Shown here piece by piece: positions 13,470 through 26,600 of a stretch of 64,000 nt of DNA. Every line of letters starts with the position of its first letter. Within the stretch, counting starts at the first letter, position 1. A program made the position numbers and the translations under genes. Below the pieces are notes generated by a model, which was not told the origin of the DNA, did no database searches, and saw only the letters and a list, made by a program, of their open reading frames with translations. The DNA is from Lama guanicoe (Eukaryota): NCBI GenBank assembly GCA_013239625.1, contig PNXV01004830.1, positions 1-64,000 of the forward strand. Direction: 5' to 3'.

Positions 13470-16400
13470 GAAAGAAGCTTTTATCTTGGTACTGAAACAA
13501 TTTCTCTCAAATTTGCATCGAGATGTCAAATTGAAACCAGCTTGAAAATGTTCCTGGATGGCAAGCCAAGAGAAGTTATACAACTGGGAGAAGATCTCTC
13601 CCTACCAAGCTTCTTGTGCGAAATCTTAGGCAATCATTCCACTCTGGGAACCAAGTGGTAAAGTTGGAGCAAATTTGCAGGCCTCAGGGAATCCCTGAGT
13701 TTCCATGGTTTCCCTAAGTAGCCTGTGTTCCTGTCCTGAATGGCCTTGATCCAACTCATCACAGAAACACAAAAATCCCCTCAGCAGACCCAGCTGTTAT
13801 AAAGAATTCTCTACAAGGAGGAAGGAGGATTGTTTGAACAGATCTTCTAATTTCACGCAGATCAAACCTAACTTTCACAGGTGTCGCATCTTGGGAATAA
13901 AATGAGTGCAAAATAATTTCCTTCACCTGCATTGTTGGGATAAGAGAAGCAAGCCACAATCCAAGTTCTGATAGGCCTTCTCACACACTCACATTGAGTC
14001 TGTTCCCTTATTCTCCTCTTCTATTGTTTTTAGGAAAGTCACATGCAAAGTTGGAAATTTGTCAACAGAATGTCTCTTGAAAATGAAGAGCAGAGTAATG
14101 CATCATTCAGGTATCTGTCACTAAAGGAAAGAGTGTGTGTGCGAAACCATCATCTGCCTTGTAGTGATCATGTAAGTGATGGGATTGAGTACCCATCCTA
14201 CATCATCAAAATTATTAGTGGGTCCATTCATTTAAACCCCTGTGAATTCCTGAAGCTCCCCCCACTGAACGTCTTCATCGAGCAAATTTCTACTTCCTGA
14301 CAGGACTACTTGGACAGAACAAAGCGCTTTGTGTTAGCTGCACCCAGTCTTGTAAAGCTGTTCCCATCTTGGATTTGTGTACATATGGAAGTTATCGGTC
14401 TTCTGCCAGTTTTGAAACATGAGGATTTTGTCTTTGGTGTATGAGCCGGTCTTCATGTTCCATAAGATTTCACTACAATCTGAATTTCCTTCCTCAACTT
14501 CAGCAATCATGAAATGGTTTCTAGCAGGCATGAAGTTATTGTGAGACAAAGATTGTTCTGAGACTCTCTCCTTCTTTGCCGCCTTGTGTTCCAGAGATTT
14601 TAGAAACTTCCACTCTTGGGAATCAATAGTTTTGGACGACTTGATGTGATCCAAGATTTTGGTAGACAACAGCACCCTGGGAAGAAATGTCCATGCGTGT
14701 TTCAAATGGCCTTTCCACAAGTTCGGCCTCAGTACTCCAGCTTCTCCAGATTCTGCAATGTCTACAGAAGGCATCGAAGGGGAGAAGCAAAGAATGCTGC
14801 TTGCATTCCTCTTGCAATTAGGGACCACTTTAAATGAATGCTTGCCCTTCATTTCATTTTGGGAACAGAAGGGACATGGGATACTCCCTTTTTTGGAACT
14901 GATTGCAAAAGAAGGGATTTTCATGTTTGGCCTGAGCTATCACTCTATGTTGTGAAGGTACATCTGGCAAAATGACATTAAGACACCTCATCTCAGCTGA
15001 GTCAACAGCAGCTGTTTCAAAATCTATGAGGAATGCTGAATGTTTTGTGTGAACAACCCCTATTCAGTATTAGTTCATGTGGAACACATCTGTAATTCCT
15101 TGTATGGAGGAATATGACATGGGCCAGTATTCATTGCACTGCCTTTTTGGGGACACTTTGATCTTCAAGGATGGATGTGAGCCTACATGCACATTTGGAA
15201 AGGTCATTTTTCATCATCCAATGTAGATATGCTACTTCAACCATAATAAAAATTTCAGTTGGAAGATAACAAAAAAGAAGACAACTAGTAGGGTAACCTC
15301 TCCTAAATGAGTGCTTGAGTTCAATATATCCTATAATAATTCTCAATTTTGGAGAAGGCATGTTGGAAGGAAATTCAACCCTTCATCTTGGTTGCAAGTC
15401 AGATTATTCTGGCAGTTGGGAAACAGCTGTGTGTCAGTGTTCCACAAGGTCTTGGCTGATGTTCCAACAGGAATCACAGTTTTTTTCCCTATGTTGAACC
15501 AACATTATTAAAGAGAGAGGGAATGCAGTAATCCATTTGTAGGATAGTCTCTATGACCTTCTGCTACATGCACAGTACCTCCTACATGTTCACAGCTCAA
15601 AATGGAACAGGAAATGATGATATCTGTCTTGTGCCTTTTTGTGAAAATGGGTTCCTGTGAATGGGAAAGAAGCCTATATCTCGATTCTGAAGCAGATTCT
15701 CTGAGCATGATCTTGAGATGCCAAACTGAACCAAGCTTGAAACCATTTGTGGAGAGCATGCCAACAACGTTGGCAGAAGTGGGAGAAGAAATCTTACTGC
15801 CCAGCTTATTGTTCCCAATCTGAAAGATTCATCCCACCCTGGGAAAGAAGTTAAATATATGCAACAACCTCATGGACCTTTTCATGAGCACTGAGTTCCA
15901 CGGATTCCCAAATTAATCTATGTTTCTGCCCTAAATGACCTGGGTGTCAGCTCCTCTTTAGAAAATCCACAGCCCGTCACATGACACTGCTTGCTGGAAG
16001 CATCCAAATGAAAGTGCAAAGAAGATTGTTTGTTGGGTGTTGTAGTTTCACTCACTTCAACCCAAGCATTGGATCTTGACTTTTAGTGGGAATACAATGA
16101 GTGATGACATTTCCCTCATCTGCACTGTCGTGATAATAGAATGTTTATGTTGTTGGGAAGCAAGCATAACTACGAGGTCTGATAGGCTTTCTCACATTCT
16201 TATAGTGAAGTAGGTCACTTCATCTCTGCCTCGGTTGTCTTTAGGCAATTGCCCATGAAATTGGAAACATTGCCGCTGGAGTGTCTCTTGAGGAAGATGT
16301 GCTGTGCCATGCATCTTTTGGTTTTTGTCACTACAGGAAGGATTGTGTGGGAAACGTCCTTCTGATTTGTTGGGATCACCAAGTATGAGACATTGAGAAA

Positions 16401-17423
16401 CAATCCTATCTCTTACTTGTGATTGAGGCCATAATTTCAATTCCCCAGTGTAACATCCATGTTCACTTCACTGAACGTGCAGATCAAGCTAAATTCCACT
16501 TGCTGAAAGGACTACTTGGAAAGGAGAAAGCACTTCATGTTACATGAACCATTTACTTTTGCCTCTTATTCACAAGTAGGGACCCTCCTACAGCCCTTCT
16601 TTTCCCACTTTAGGCTGAAACACATGAGGAAGTTTTCAGTCTTCTGCCAAATTTTGTATATGCCCCTTCTCTCTTTGGCACAGGAGCCTATCACCATGGT
16701 TTGTAAGACTGCACTGCAAGCTGCCTGTCATTCCTCTACTTCAGGCACCATTGAATGAATTTTTGTTAACATCAGTTGACAGCCAGATCAAGAATCACAT
16801 GAAAACGTCTCCTTGATAGGATTCTCTGTGAACCTCAAATTTTAAAGTCTTTCAACTCTGGGATCCAGTTGGGTAGAAGTTTAGCTTACTTTATCCCAGA
16901 CTTTGGAAGTACAGGATTTGCATAAGGGGAAGAATGGTCCATCCAATCTCTGAGAGACTTCTGCTTAAGTTCATCCTTATTACACAGCTTCCCCTTGTTC
17001 TTCAATGTCCATAATGAGAATCCAAGGAAAGGTGCAAAGAATTCTCTTTAGAAAGTCATCTTCACTTCATATAAACTGCAAATTTACATATCACTTATGC
17101 TTGCTTTGGGGAACAGAAAGGACTTGGAAAATTTCTTACATGTGATTTGATGATTAAATCAGTGACTTCCATGTTTGGCCTGAGGTTCCTTGCATGTTAT
17201 GGTGGCACATCAGGGAAGGTGACATTAAGGACTGCATTTTAGCTCAGCCAGCAGCAGCTCTTTGGAAAGCTATTAGGATTGCTGAGTTATTTGTGCAAAG
17301 TATCCCTCTTCAGTGTTACATTAGGCAAAATTTACTTTTAGAAACTTCCCTAATTGGAGGAATACGATGTGGGCCAATTTTCAATTCACTTACTCTTTGG
17401 ATGTACATTGATTTTCAGGGACA
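13470..17423 (+). repeat. HOR dimer truncated by the inversion junction (X 13470-15664, partial Y 15665-17423)
   Basis: The Y consensus ...ATTTTCAGGGACA|GAAGTGAGCCC stops after GGGACA at 17423. Confidence 0.9.
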
Positions 17424-17430
17424 TACTGAT
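17420..17430. other. Inversion breakpoint between oppositely oriented satellite blocks
   Basis: Forward-orientation ATTTTCAGGGACA is followed after about 1 nt by ACTGATTAAAAACTGAGAAATAGTCATAATTCCCATTAACAGAAACCC, which matches the reverse-orientation copy at ~21884-21930. Confidence 0.92.
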
Positions 17431-20400
17431 TAAAAACTGAGAAATAGTCATAATTCCCATTAACAGAAACCCTCTTTTCTCAAAAAGGTGCAGGATAAAA
17501 TCATCCTAACCTGTTCTAATTGGAGCAGCAAAGATATAGGAATGACCCATGTATGTATCCGAAGGTCGTACAGAATCTCCATCAAAAGGCTTTCTGCATT
17601 CCTTCTCTCTTTCATAATCTTAGATCTACATAAAAGAATAACTGTGATTCATTTTAGAATGGCAGCCAAGATTGTGGAACACTGACAAACAGATGTTTCC
17701 CAACTGCCAGGATAATCTGACTTGCACCCACGAAGATAGAGTGAATTACATTCACACAGATCTTATCCAAAATTGAGAATTCTTATAGGATATATTGAAC
17801 TCAAGCACACATATAAACTCCTAGCTGTCTCGTTTCTTGCTATTCTTCTAACAGAAATCTTCATAAAGTCTGAAGTACTGTATCTAAATAAGGATGATGA
17901 ACAAAGGCCTTTCTGAAGGCACCAATGGGCTCACTTCCCTCACTGAAGTTCGATGTGTTGTCAACAAGGCAAAGCAATGAAAACTGGCCGATGTCATATT
18001 CCTCCAAATAGGGAAGTTAAAGGAGGGTAAATTTACATGAACTAATGCTGAATATGGGTAATCGGCACTAAACATTCAGAATTCCTCATAAATTTCCAAA
18101 GAGCTGCTATTGAGTCAGCTGAGTTGAGGTGTCTAAATGTAACTTTGTCAGACATACCTTCAAACCATGGAGGGAAAGCTCAAGCCAAAAATGAAAATCC
18201 CTGCTTTTGCCAACAATTCCCAAGAAGGGATTCTCCCACGGTCCTTTGGATCTCAAAATAAATGCAAGGTAATCATTCATTTGATGCAGACGAGAATTGT
18301 AAGATGATTGGTAGCAGCGTTCTTTGCTTCTTCCTTTGGTTGCCTTCTGTGGATGTTGCAAAATCTGCAGAAGCAGGGGTACTGAGGCGAACCTGTACAA
18401 AGGCCTTTTCAAGTACACAAGGACAGTTCTTGCCAGCATGCTGTGCTCTACCAAAATCTTGGTTCACATCAACCTCCCCTTACCCAAAATGTTTCCTATG
18501 AATGAAAGATTCTAAAACCTGTGGAACTCAGGGTGTTCTATCTAAGATGTAGTCTCACAAGGATCTTTGTCTCGCCATATGTTCATGCCAGTTAGAATAC
18601 CTTTGAAGATGGCTGAAGTTGAGGAATGAAAGTCAGGTTGCAGTGAAATCTTATGGAACATTAATAGAGGCTCACAAGCCAAAGAAAATATCCTCAAGTT
18701 TCAAATATGGCAGAAGACCAAAATCTACCACTTATCCTCAATTCAAAAATGGGAACACATTTTGAAGGCTGGGTGCAGCTAACACGAAGTGTTTCATTCT
18801 GACCAAAAGTCCTTTCAGCATGTGGAAGATTCATTGACTGAGAATTTCAAGGGGGGGAGGTTCGAGAATTCACTGGGGGTTTTAATGCATGGACTCACTC
18901 ACAAGCTAGAAGCAGGATAGGTCCTCATTTCAGCCACTTTCATGACCCCATTAAGACAGAATGAGATTTCCCACACACAATGTTTAATAGAGTGGCAAAT
19001 ACCTAAATGATTCAATGCACAGCCCCTTGTTTTCAGAGACATTCTTTCAACAATGTATCCAAATTTGCAAGTGACTTTCCTAAACACACTAGAAGAGCAG
19101 ATGAAGGGAGCAGACTCAATGCGATTGTGTTTGAAGGCTTATTGGAAGTTGGATTTTGCCTTGCTTTCCCAACATAAAAATTCTGTTTTCCCGACAATGC
19201 AGTTGAAAGAAATTATTTTGCAAAAACTCTATTTCAAAGATGTGTCATCTTTGAATATTACAGTTGATCTGATGGAAATTACAAGACCCATTCAAACAAT
19301 CTACTTTCAGCCTTCATTAGAATGCTTTGGAACAGCTGGGTTGGCAGAGGGGATGTTTGTGATTGTATGACGAGTTGAACCCAAGGCCTTTCATGAAAGG
19401 AATACAGGATACTTAGGTAGACCGTGGAAACCAAGGAATACCCTCAGGCCTGTGAAGTTGCTCCAAATTTCCCATTTGGTTCCCAGGATCGAAAGGTTAT
19501 CTAAGATTTGGCAGCAGAAGCTCAGTAAGGAGAGACTTTTCCCAATTATATCAACTCACTTTCAATATTGTCCAGGAACATTTTCAAACCTGGTTCAATT
19601 TGACATCTCAATGCAAAGTTGAGAGAAGTTGTTTCAGAACCAGAATATAAGCTCCTTTGCAAGGCACAGATAGTGTATCTCCCATGATGGTACAATGGAG
19701 AAATCATCCTTAACCATTTCATTTCCAGAAGTGTTGATTTTTTTAGAGTCCATATATGTGGACGAAAGTCACAGAGACTATCCTGCAAATGGCTTGCCAC
19801 AGATAGTCCCACTTTTGTAATGACAGATGAACATCTTAGAAAACAGTGACTCCATGAGCAGAAGAGAACAATATTTTGTGGACCACTGAAATAGACCACT
19901 CCTCAAATTTCAAAATACTTTGAGTTTAAACGAGATAGATGGTGATGAGTTGACTTCCAAAGTGCCTTCCCCAAATGTGAAACATCTTAAAGGATATATT
20001 GTAAAGGACCATCAATCATTCATGAGAGAGTACATTCAAAGATGTATTCTTGTGTGCTATACTTTGAACAGAAAAGTTTTTGAGAGCTGAAGTAAATCAC
20101 CCAACTTCAATGAAGAATAGAGGCATATGAGAATGTGCAGATGGGATCACGATCTTACCTGAAAATCAAGGTGCCCCCGAAGAGGCAGTGCTTTAAAAAT
20201 TGGCCCAAATTGTAATTCTGCATGTAGGGACACTTCTGAAATTTAATTCCACCTAACGTAACACTGAAGAGGTATTCTTTGCACCAATACCTCAGCATTC
20301 CTAAGATCTTTCCAAACAGCTGCCGTTGGCTGAGCTGAAATGCAGTCTTAATATCTCCTTCACAAATGTACCTTCATAACTTGCAGGGAAACTCATGCAA

Positions 20401-21902
20401 ACATGGAAAGCCATACTTACAGCAACAAATAACAAGAAGGGAATTTCCCAAATCCCTTCTGTTCTCCAAAAGACCCATTCATGAAATATAAGTGTGAAGC
20501 TAATATGAAGTGAAGATGACTTATACTAAACAGAATTATTTGCACCATTCTTGGATACTCACTATGGAGAGAGAAGAAAAAGGCGAACCTGATGTACTGA
20601 AGGAGGTGAAGTTGAGCAGAAGTCTCGCAGAGTATGGAAGGAACGTTCTTCCACTTACGCAATAATGCACTTCTACAGTTTGGGATAAAGTCAGCTAAAC
20701 ATGTCCCCAAGTCCCAAGTTTGCAAGTCTATAAAATTTGTGGCTCACAGAGCCACTTATCTAGGAGACTTCTTCACCTGATTCAAGATTTTGCTCTCTAC
20801 TGATGATAACGAATATAATTTAGAAGGTTCCCAAAGTAGAGGACCAAAATGCTGTTTGCAGAGCAGTCATACAGAACATGGTTCTAGGATCTTGTGCCAA
20901 AGAGAGAAGCTGCATATTCAAAAATTTACAGAAGGGTGATAACTTCCTATGTTTTTCAGCCTGAAGTGGGAAGTTAAGACCTGTAGGAAGGTGTTTTCTT
21001 GTGAATAAGTGGCAAGGGTATACTGGGTTAATGGAACAAGAAGTGCTTTGTCATATACAAGTAGACATTTCAGCAAGTGGAAATTGGCTCAATCGACACA
21101 TTCAGTGAGGTGAACATGGAGAATAAAACAGAAGATTGAATATAAGTCCACAATCACAATTAAGATAGAGGGTTGTTTTTAAATCCATGGAGTTTGGAAG
21201 TCCCAACATGGCACAAGGATGTTTCCCACACACAATGTTTCCTCTTGTGATGAATAACAACAAGATGCATTTCACAGCACCTCTTCCTCAAGAGACACTG
21301 TGTCGGAAATATTTCCAACATCACGGCCAAATGCCTAAATACAACTGAGGCAGAGATGATGTGTTCTACCTCACTGCAATAGTGTCAGTAATGTTACCAG
21401 AGTTTTTAGTTATGCTTGCTTCCTAAGAGTAGAAACATTCTAAAACATGACAGCACAGATGGCGGACATTGTCCATATTCATTTTATTACAAGTAAGACT
21501 CAGGTGAAAACATTTAAGTTGATGTGAGCGAAATTACAAGACTCAATGGAAAAATCATCATGCACCTTCATTTGGATGCTTCCAGTAAGCAGTGTCAATT
21601 GAGGGGATGTGGCTGTTCCAAAGAGGAGCTGGCACCCAGGTCGTTCAGTGTAGGAACATCGAAAAATTTGGGAAAATATGGAACTCAGTGCTCACGACGC
21701 GGCCATCGATGTACTTGCATATATTCCGCTTGATTCCCAAGGTGGGACGATTGTTTGAGTTTTGGAACAATGAGATATGTAGGATGAGATATTCTCCAAC
21801 TTCTGCCACCATTGTTGGCATGTCCTCCAGAAATGGTCTTCAGCTGGGATTAATTATGGAACCTCAAGATTTTGTTTTGAGAAAATGATTCAAAAATGAG
21901 AC
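17425..21902 (-). repeat. HOR dimer (X to 19646, Y 19647-21902)
   Basis: Anchor spacing 2203 and 2256. Confidence 0.9.
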
Positions 21903-23409
21903 ATAGGCTTATTTCCCATTAACAGAAACCCATTGTTCTCAAAGATGTGCAGGATAAAATCATCCTAACCTGTTCCATTTGGAGAAGCAAAGATATAGGA
22001 ATGACTCATGCATGTATCCGAATATCATAGAGAATCTCCATCGAAAGGTTTTCTTCATTCCTTCTCTATTTCATTATCTTTGATCAACGAAAAAGATAAA
22101 ATTTGATTCCATTTGGAATAGCAGCCAAGATTATGGAACACTGAAACACAGCTGTTTCCCAACTGCCAGAATAATCTAAGTTGCACTCACGGAGATAGAG
22201 TGAATTACTTTCACAACAACTTTAACCAAAATTAAAAATTCTTATAGGATATATTGAACCCAAGCACACATTTAAACTCCCAGCTGTCTAGTTTCTTGCT
22301 ATTGTTCTAACAGAAATCTTCATAATGTCTGAAGTAATATATCTATACAAGGATGATGAATAGCAAGGCCTTTCTGAATGCATCAATGCGTTCACTTCCC
22401 TCATTGAAGTTCGAAACGTTCTCAACAAGACAATGAATTTAAAACTGGCCGATGTTATAGTCCTCCAAATAGGGAAGTTAAAGGAGGGGAAATTCACATG
22501 AACTAATGCTGAAGATGGGTAATCTGCACCATATATTCAGGATTCCTCATAGATTTCAAAAGAGCTGCTATTGCGTCAGCTGTGATGATGTGTTGTAATG
22601 TCACTTTGCCAGATATAACTTCAACCCATGTTGGGAAAGCTCAGGCCAAACATGATACTTCCTGATTTGCCAACAATTCCCAACAACAGATTATCCCACG
22701 GCCCTTTAGATCTCAAAATAAATGCAAGGAAATCATTCATTTGAAGTGGGCATGAATTTCAAGATGATTGCTAGTAGCATTCTTTGCTTTTTCCCAAGAG
22801 TAAACTGGGTTCATGTAACACGAAGTGCTCTCTCCTGTACAAGTAGTCATTTTAGCAAGTGGAAATTTGCTTGATCCACACATTCAGTGAGGTGAACATG
22901 GAGATTAAAACGGAGGATTGAATATAAGTCCACAATCACAATTAAGATAGAGGGTTGTTTCTAAATCCATGGAGTTTGGAAGTCCCAACATGGCACAAGG
23001 ATGTTTCCCACACACAATGTTTCCTCTTGTGATGAATAACAACAAGATGCATTTCACAGCACCTCTTCCTCAAGAGACACTGTGTCGGAAATATTTCCAA
23101 CATCACGGCCAAATGCCTAAATACAACTGAGGCAGAGATGATGTGTTCTACCTCACTGCAATAGTGTCAGTAATGTTACCAGAGTTTTTAGTTATGCTTG
23201 CTTCCTAAGAGTAGAAACATTCTAAAACATGACAGCACAGATGGCGGACATTGTCCATATTCATTTTATTACAAGTAAGACTCAGGTGAAAACATTTAAG
23301 TTGATGTGAGCGAAATTACAAGACTCAATGGAAAAATCATCATGCACCTTCATTTGGATGCTTCCAGTAAGCAGTGTCAATTGAGGGGATGTGGCTGTTC
23401 CAAAGAGGA
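21134..23409. repeat. Near-perfect 494-bp direct repeat pair (21134-21627 and 22916-23409)
   Basis: Offset 1782. One mismatch seen (21179 T / 22961 C); the flanks are clearly diverged. Confidence 0.9.
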
Positions 23410-23681
23410 CCTGGCACCCAGGTTGTTAAGTGTACAAACATAGAATAATTTGGGAAAATGTGGAACTCATTGTTCACGACGATGCCATTGAGGTTCTTGC
23501 ATATCTTCTGCTTGATTCCCATGGTGGACGTTTGTCTGAGGTTTGGAACAATAAGATGTGTATGATGAGATATTCTCCAACTTCTGTCACCGTTGTTGGA
23601 TTGTTCTCCAGAAACGGTCTCAATCTGGGTTCAATTATGGAAACTCAAGATCTTGTTTAGAGAAACTTATTCAGATGAGAC
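21903..23681 (-). repeat. Truncated chimeric unit (X part 21903-22795 fused to Y part 22796-23681; ~2.7 kb missing)
   Basis: Anchor spacing is only 1779. X-type TCTTTGCTTTTTCCC is joined directly to Y-type AAGAGTAAACTGGGTTCATGTAACACG. Confidence 0.88.
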
Positions 23682-26600
23682 ATTGGTTTATTTCTCATTA
23701 ACAGAAACCCATTTTTCTCAAAAAGACACAGGACAAAAATCATCCTAAAATGTTTCATTTGGAGCAGCAAATATATAGGAAAGACCCATGCATGTATCCG
23801 AATGTCGTGTATCCGAAAGTCGTAGGAATCTCCATCTTAAGGCTTTCTGCATTTCTTCTCTCTTTCATAATCTTAATTCAGTATAAGAGAAAAACTGTGG
23901 TTCCATGTGGAATAGCAGCCATGAGTTTGGAACACTGACACACAGCTGTTTCCCAACTGCCAGGATAAACTGACTTGCAATCACGGAGACAGAGTAAATT
24001 TCCTTCACACAAGCCTTATCCAAAATTGAGAACTCGTTAAGGATATATCAAACCCAGGCACACATTTAAACTCCCATCTTTCTCATTTCTTGATATTCTT
24101 TTAACAGAAATCTTCATAAAGTCTGAAGAACTATATCTAAATATAGATGATTAACAAAGGCTTTCTGAAGGCATCAATGGGCTCACAACCTTAGCTCAAG
24201 TTCGATGTGTTGTCAACAAGGCAAAGCAATGAAAACAGGCCAACGTCATATTCCTCCAAATAGGGAAGTTGAAGGAGGGGAAACTCACATGGACTAATGC
24301 TGAAGACATGTAATGTGCACCAAACATTCAGGATTCCTCATAGATTTCAAAAGAGCTACTATTGGGTCAGCTGAGATGAGGTGTCTTAATGTCACTTTGC
24401 CAGATGTACCTTCAACACATGGTGGGTAAGTTCAGGCCAAACATGAAAATCCCTGCTTTGCCCAACAATTCCCAAGAAGGGATTATTACACGGACCTTTA
24501 GATCTCAAAATAAATGGAGGGTAAACATTCATTTGAAGCAGACGTGAATTGCGAGATCATTGCTAGCAGCATTCTTTGCTTTTTGCCTAGGATGCCTCTG
24601 TGGAATTTGCAAAATCTGCAGAAACAGGGGTAGTGAGGCGAACTTGTACAAAGGCCTTTTTACATACACAAGGACAGTTCTTGCCAGGGTGCTATGTTCT
24701 ACCAAAATCTTGGATCCCGTCAACCTCCCGATACCCAATTGTTTCCTCTGAAAGAAAGATTCTAATACCTGTGGTACACAGGGCGTCCTATCTACAATGT
24801 AGTCTCACAAGGATCTTTGTCTCGCCACATGTTCATGCCAGCTAGAATGCATTTCAAGATGGCTGAAATTGAGGAAGGAATGTCAGGCTGCAGTGGAATC
24901 TTATGAATCATGAATAGAGGCTCGCATGCCAAAGACAATCTCATCACATTTCCAAACTGGCAGAAGAAAAAAATATTCCAATTATGCTCAATTCAAAAAT
25001 GGGAACACATTTTGAAGGCTGGGTGCAGCTAACACTAATTGCTTCTTTCTGTCCAAAAGTCCTTTCAGCATGTGGAAATTTCAATGATTTAGAATTTCAT
25101 TTGAGGGAGTTTCTAGAATTCACTGGGGGTTTTAATGTATGGCATCCCTCACTAGTTTGATGCAGAAAGGGTCCTCATTTCAACCACTTATCTGACCCCA
25201 TCAAGGCAGAAGGAGGTTTCCCACACATACTCTTTCATATAGTGACAAATACCTAAAATATTCATTGCACAGCCCCTCATTTTCACAGACATTCTGTCAA
25301 CAAAGTTTCCAAATTCGCAGGTGACTTTCCTAAAGACACTACAAGAGCAGATGAAGGGAGCAGACTCAATGCGAGTGTGTCAGAAGGCCTAAAGGAAGTT
25401 GGATTTTGCCTTGCTTCCTCAACACAAGAATTCTCTCTTCCCGACAACGCAGGTGAAGGAAATTATTTTGCATAAAATCTATTTCAAAGATGCGTCATCT
25501 TTGAACGTTAAGATTGATCTGACGGAAATTACAAGACCCGTTCATACAATCCACTTTCCACCATCATTAGAATGTTTTGGAACAGTTGGGTCTGCAGAGG
25601 GGCTGTTTGTGTTTGTATGATGAGTTGGAACCAAGGCCTTTCATGACAGGGACACAGGCTACTTAAGTAGACCATGGAAACTCAGGGATCACCTCAGGCC
25701 TGTGAAGTTGCTCCAAATTTTCCATTTGGTTCCCAGAATGGAGAGATTGTCTAAGATCTGGCACAAGAAGCTCAGTAGGGAGAGACCTTCTCTCAATTAT
25801 ATCAAGTCTCTTTAAATGTTGTCCAGGAACGTATTCAAACCTGGTTCAATTTGACGTCTCAATGCAAAGTTGAGAGAAATTGTTTCAGAACCGGGATATA
25901 GGCTTCTTTGCAAGTCTCAGAAAGTGTATTTCCCATGATCGTACCATGGATAAATCATCCTTACCCGTTTCATTTCCAGAAGATTTGATGTTGTTAGAGT
26001 CCGTGTATGTAGCCCAAAGTCACTGAGAATATCCTGTAAGCAGCTTGCCACGGATGTTCTCACTTTTGTAATGACGGTCCAGCATCTGAGAAAACCGTGA
26101 TTCCAGGTGCAGTATGGACCAAGGTTTATGTACCACTGAAATAGACCATTTTCCGAATTTCCAAATACACTGATTTGCAATGAAGAAGATGGGGTAAATT
26201 CACTTCAAACATGCCTGCTCCTAAAATGACATATCTTTCAGGATATATTGTAAGATGTACCACTCATTCAGGACAGAGTACACCCAAAGCTGTCTTCTTT
26301 TGTGCTATTGTTCCTACAGAAAACTTCTAGAGAGATGAAGTAAATTACCCGAGTTCAATGAAGAACAGAGACCTATGAGAATGTGCAGATGGGCTCACTT
26401 CATTACCTGAAAATCAATGTGCCCCAGAAGAGGCAGTACATTTAAAGTTCACTCATATCATATTCCTGCATGTATGGACATTTCTGAAATTGAATTTCGC
26501 ATAATGTAACACTGAAGAAGGTTTCTTTACTGCAATATCTCAGCATTCCTTAGTGCTTTCCAAACAGCTGCTGAAGGCTGAGCTGAAATGAAGACCTTAA

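Larger units (their letters stand above)
1..17423 (+). repeat. Macrosatellite array, left block: ~8 monomers of ~2.2 kb arranged as X/Y dimers (~4.45 kb); strand assignment arbitrary
   Basis: The anchor GAAAGAAGCCTAT (or a close variant) recurs at 109, 2312, 4565, ~6766, 9017, 11233, 13470 and 15665. Spacings alternate short/long (2203, 2253, ~2201, ~2251, 2216, 2237, 2195). The same peptides recur in the ORF track at these periods. Confidence 0.97.

Noticed and set aside
25500-25580. Peptide resemblance to bornavirus G (NVxV...VQT..FPP) and, on the other strand, L (ARDL...SAL)
   Set aside because: Isolated short matches with no collinear support. They show how easily chance similarity appears in six-frame reading.
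25890-26170. Ancient ~220-bp sub-period within the monomer (CAC.GAAA...ATTTCCCA; CCCAACAAGGCAG twice)
   Set aside because: Only short scattered matches; I could not extend an alignment by eye. It needs an autocorrelation test on the consensus.
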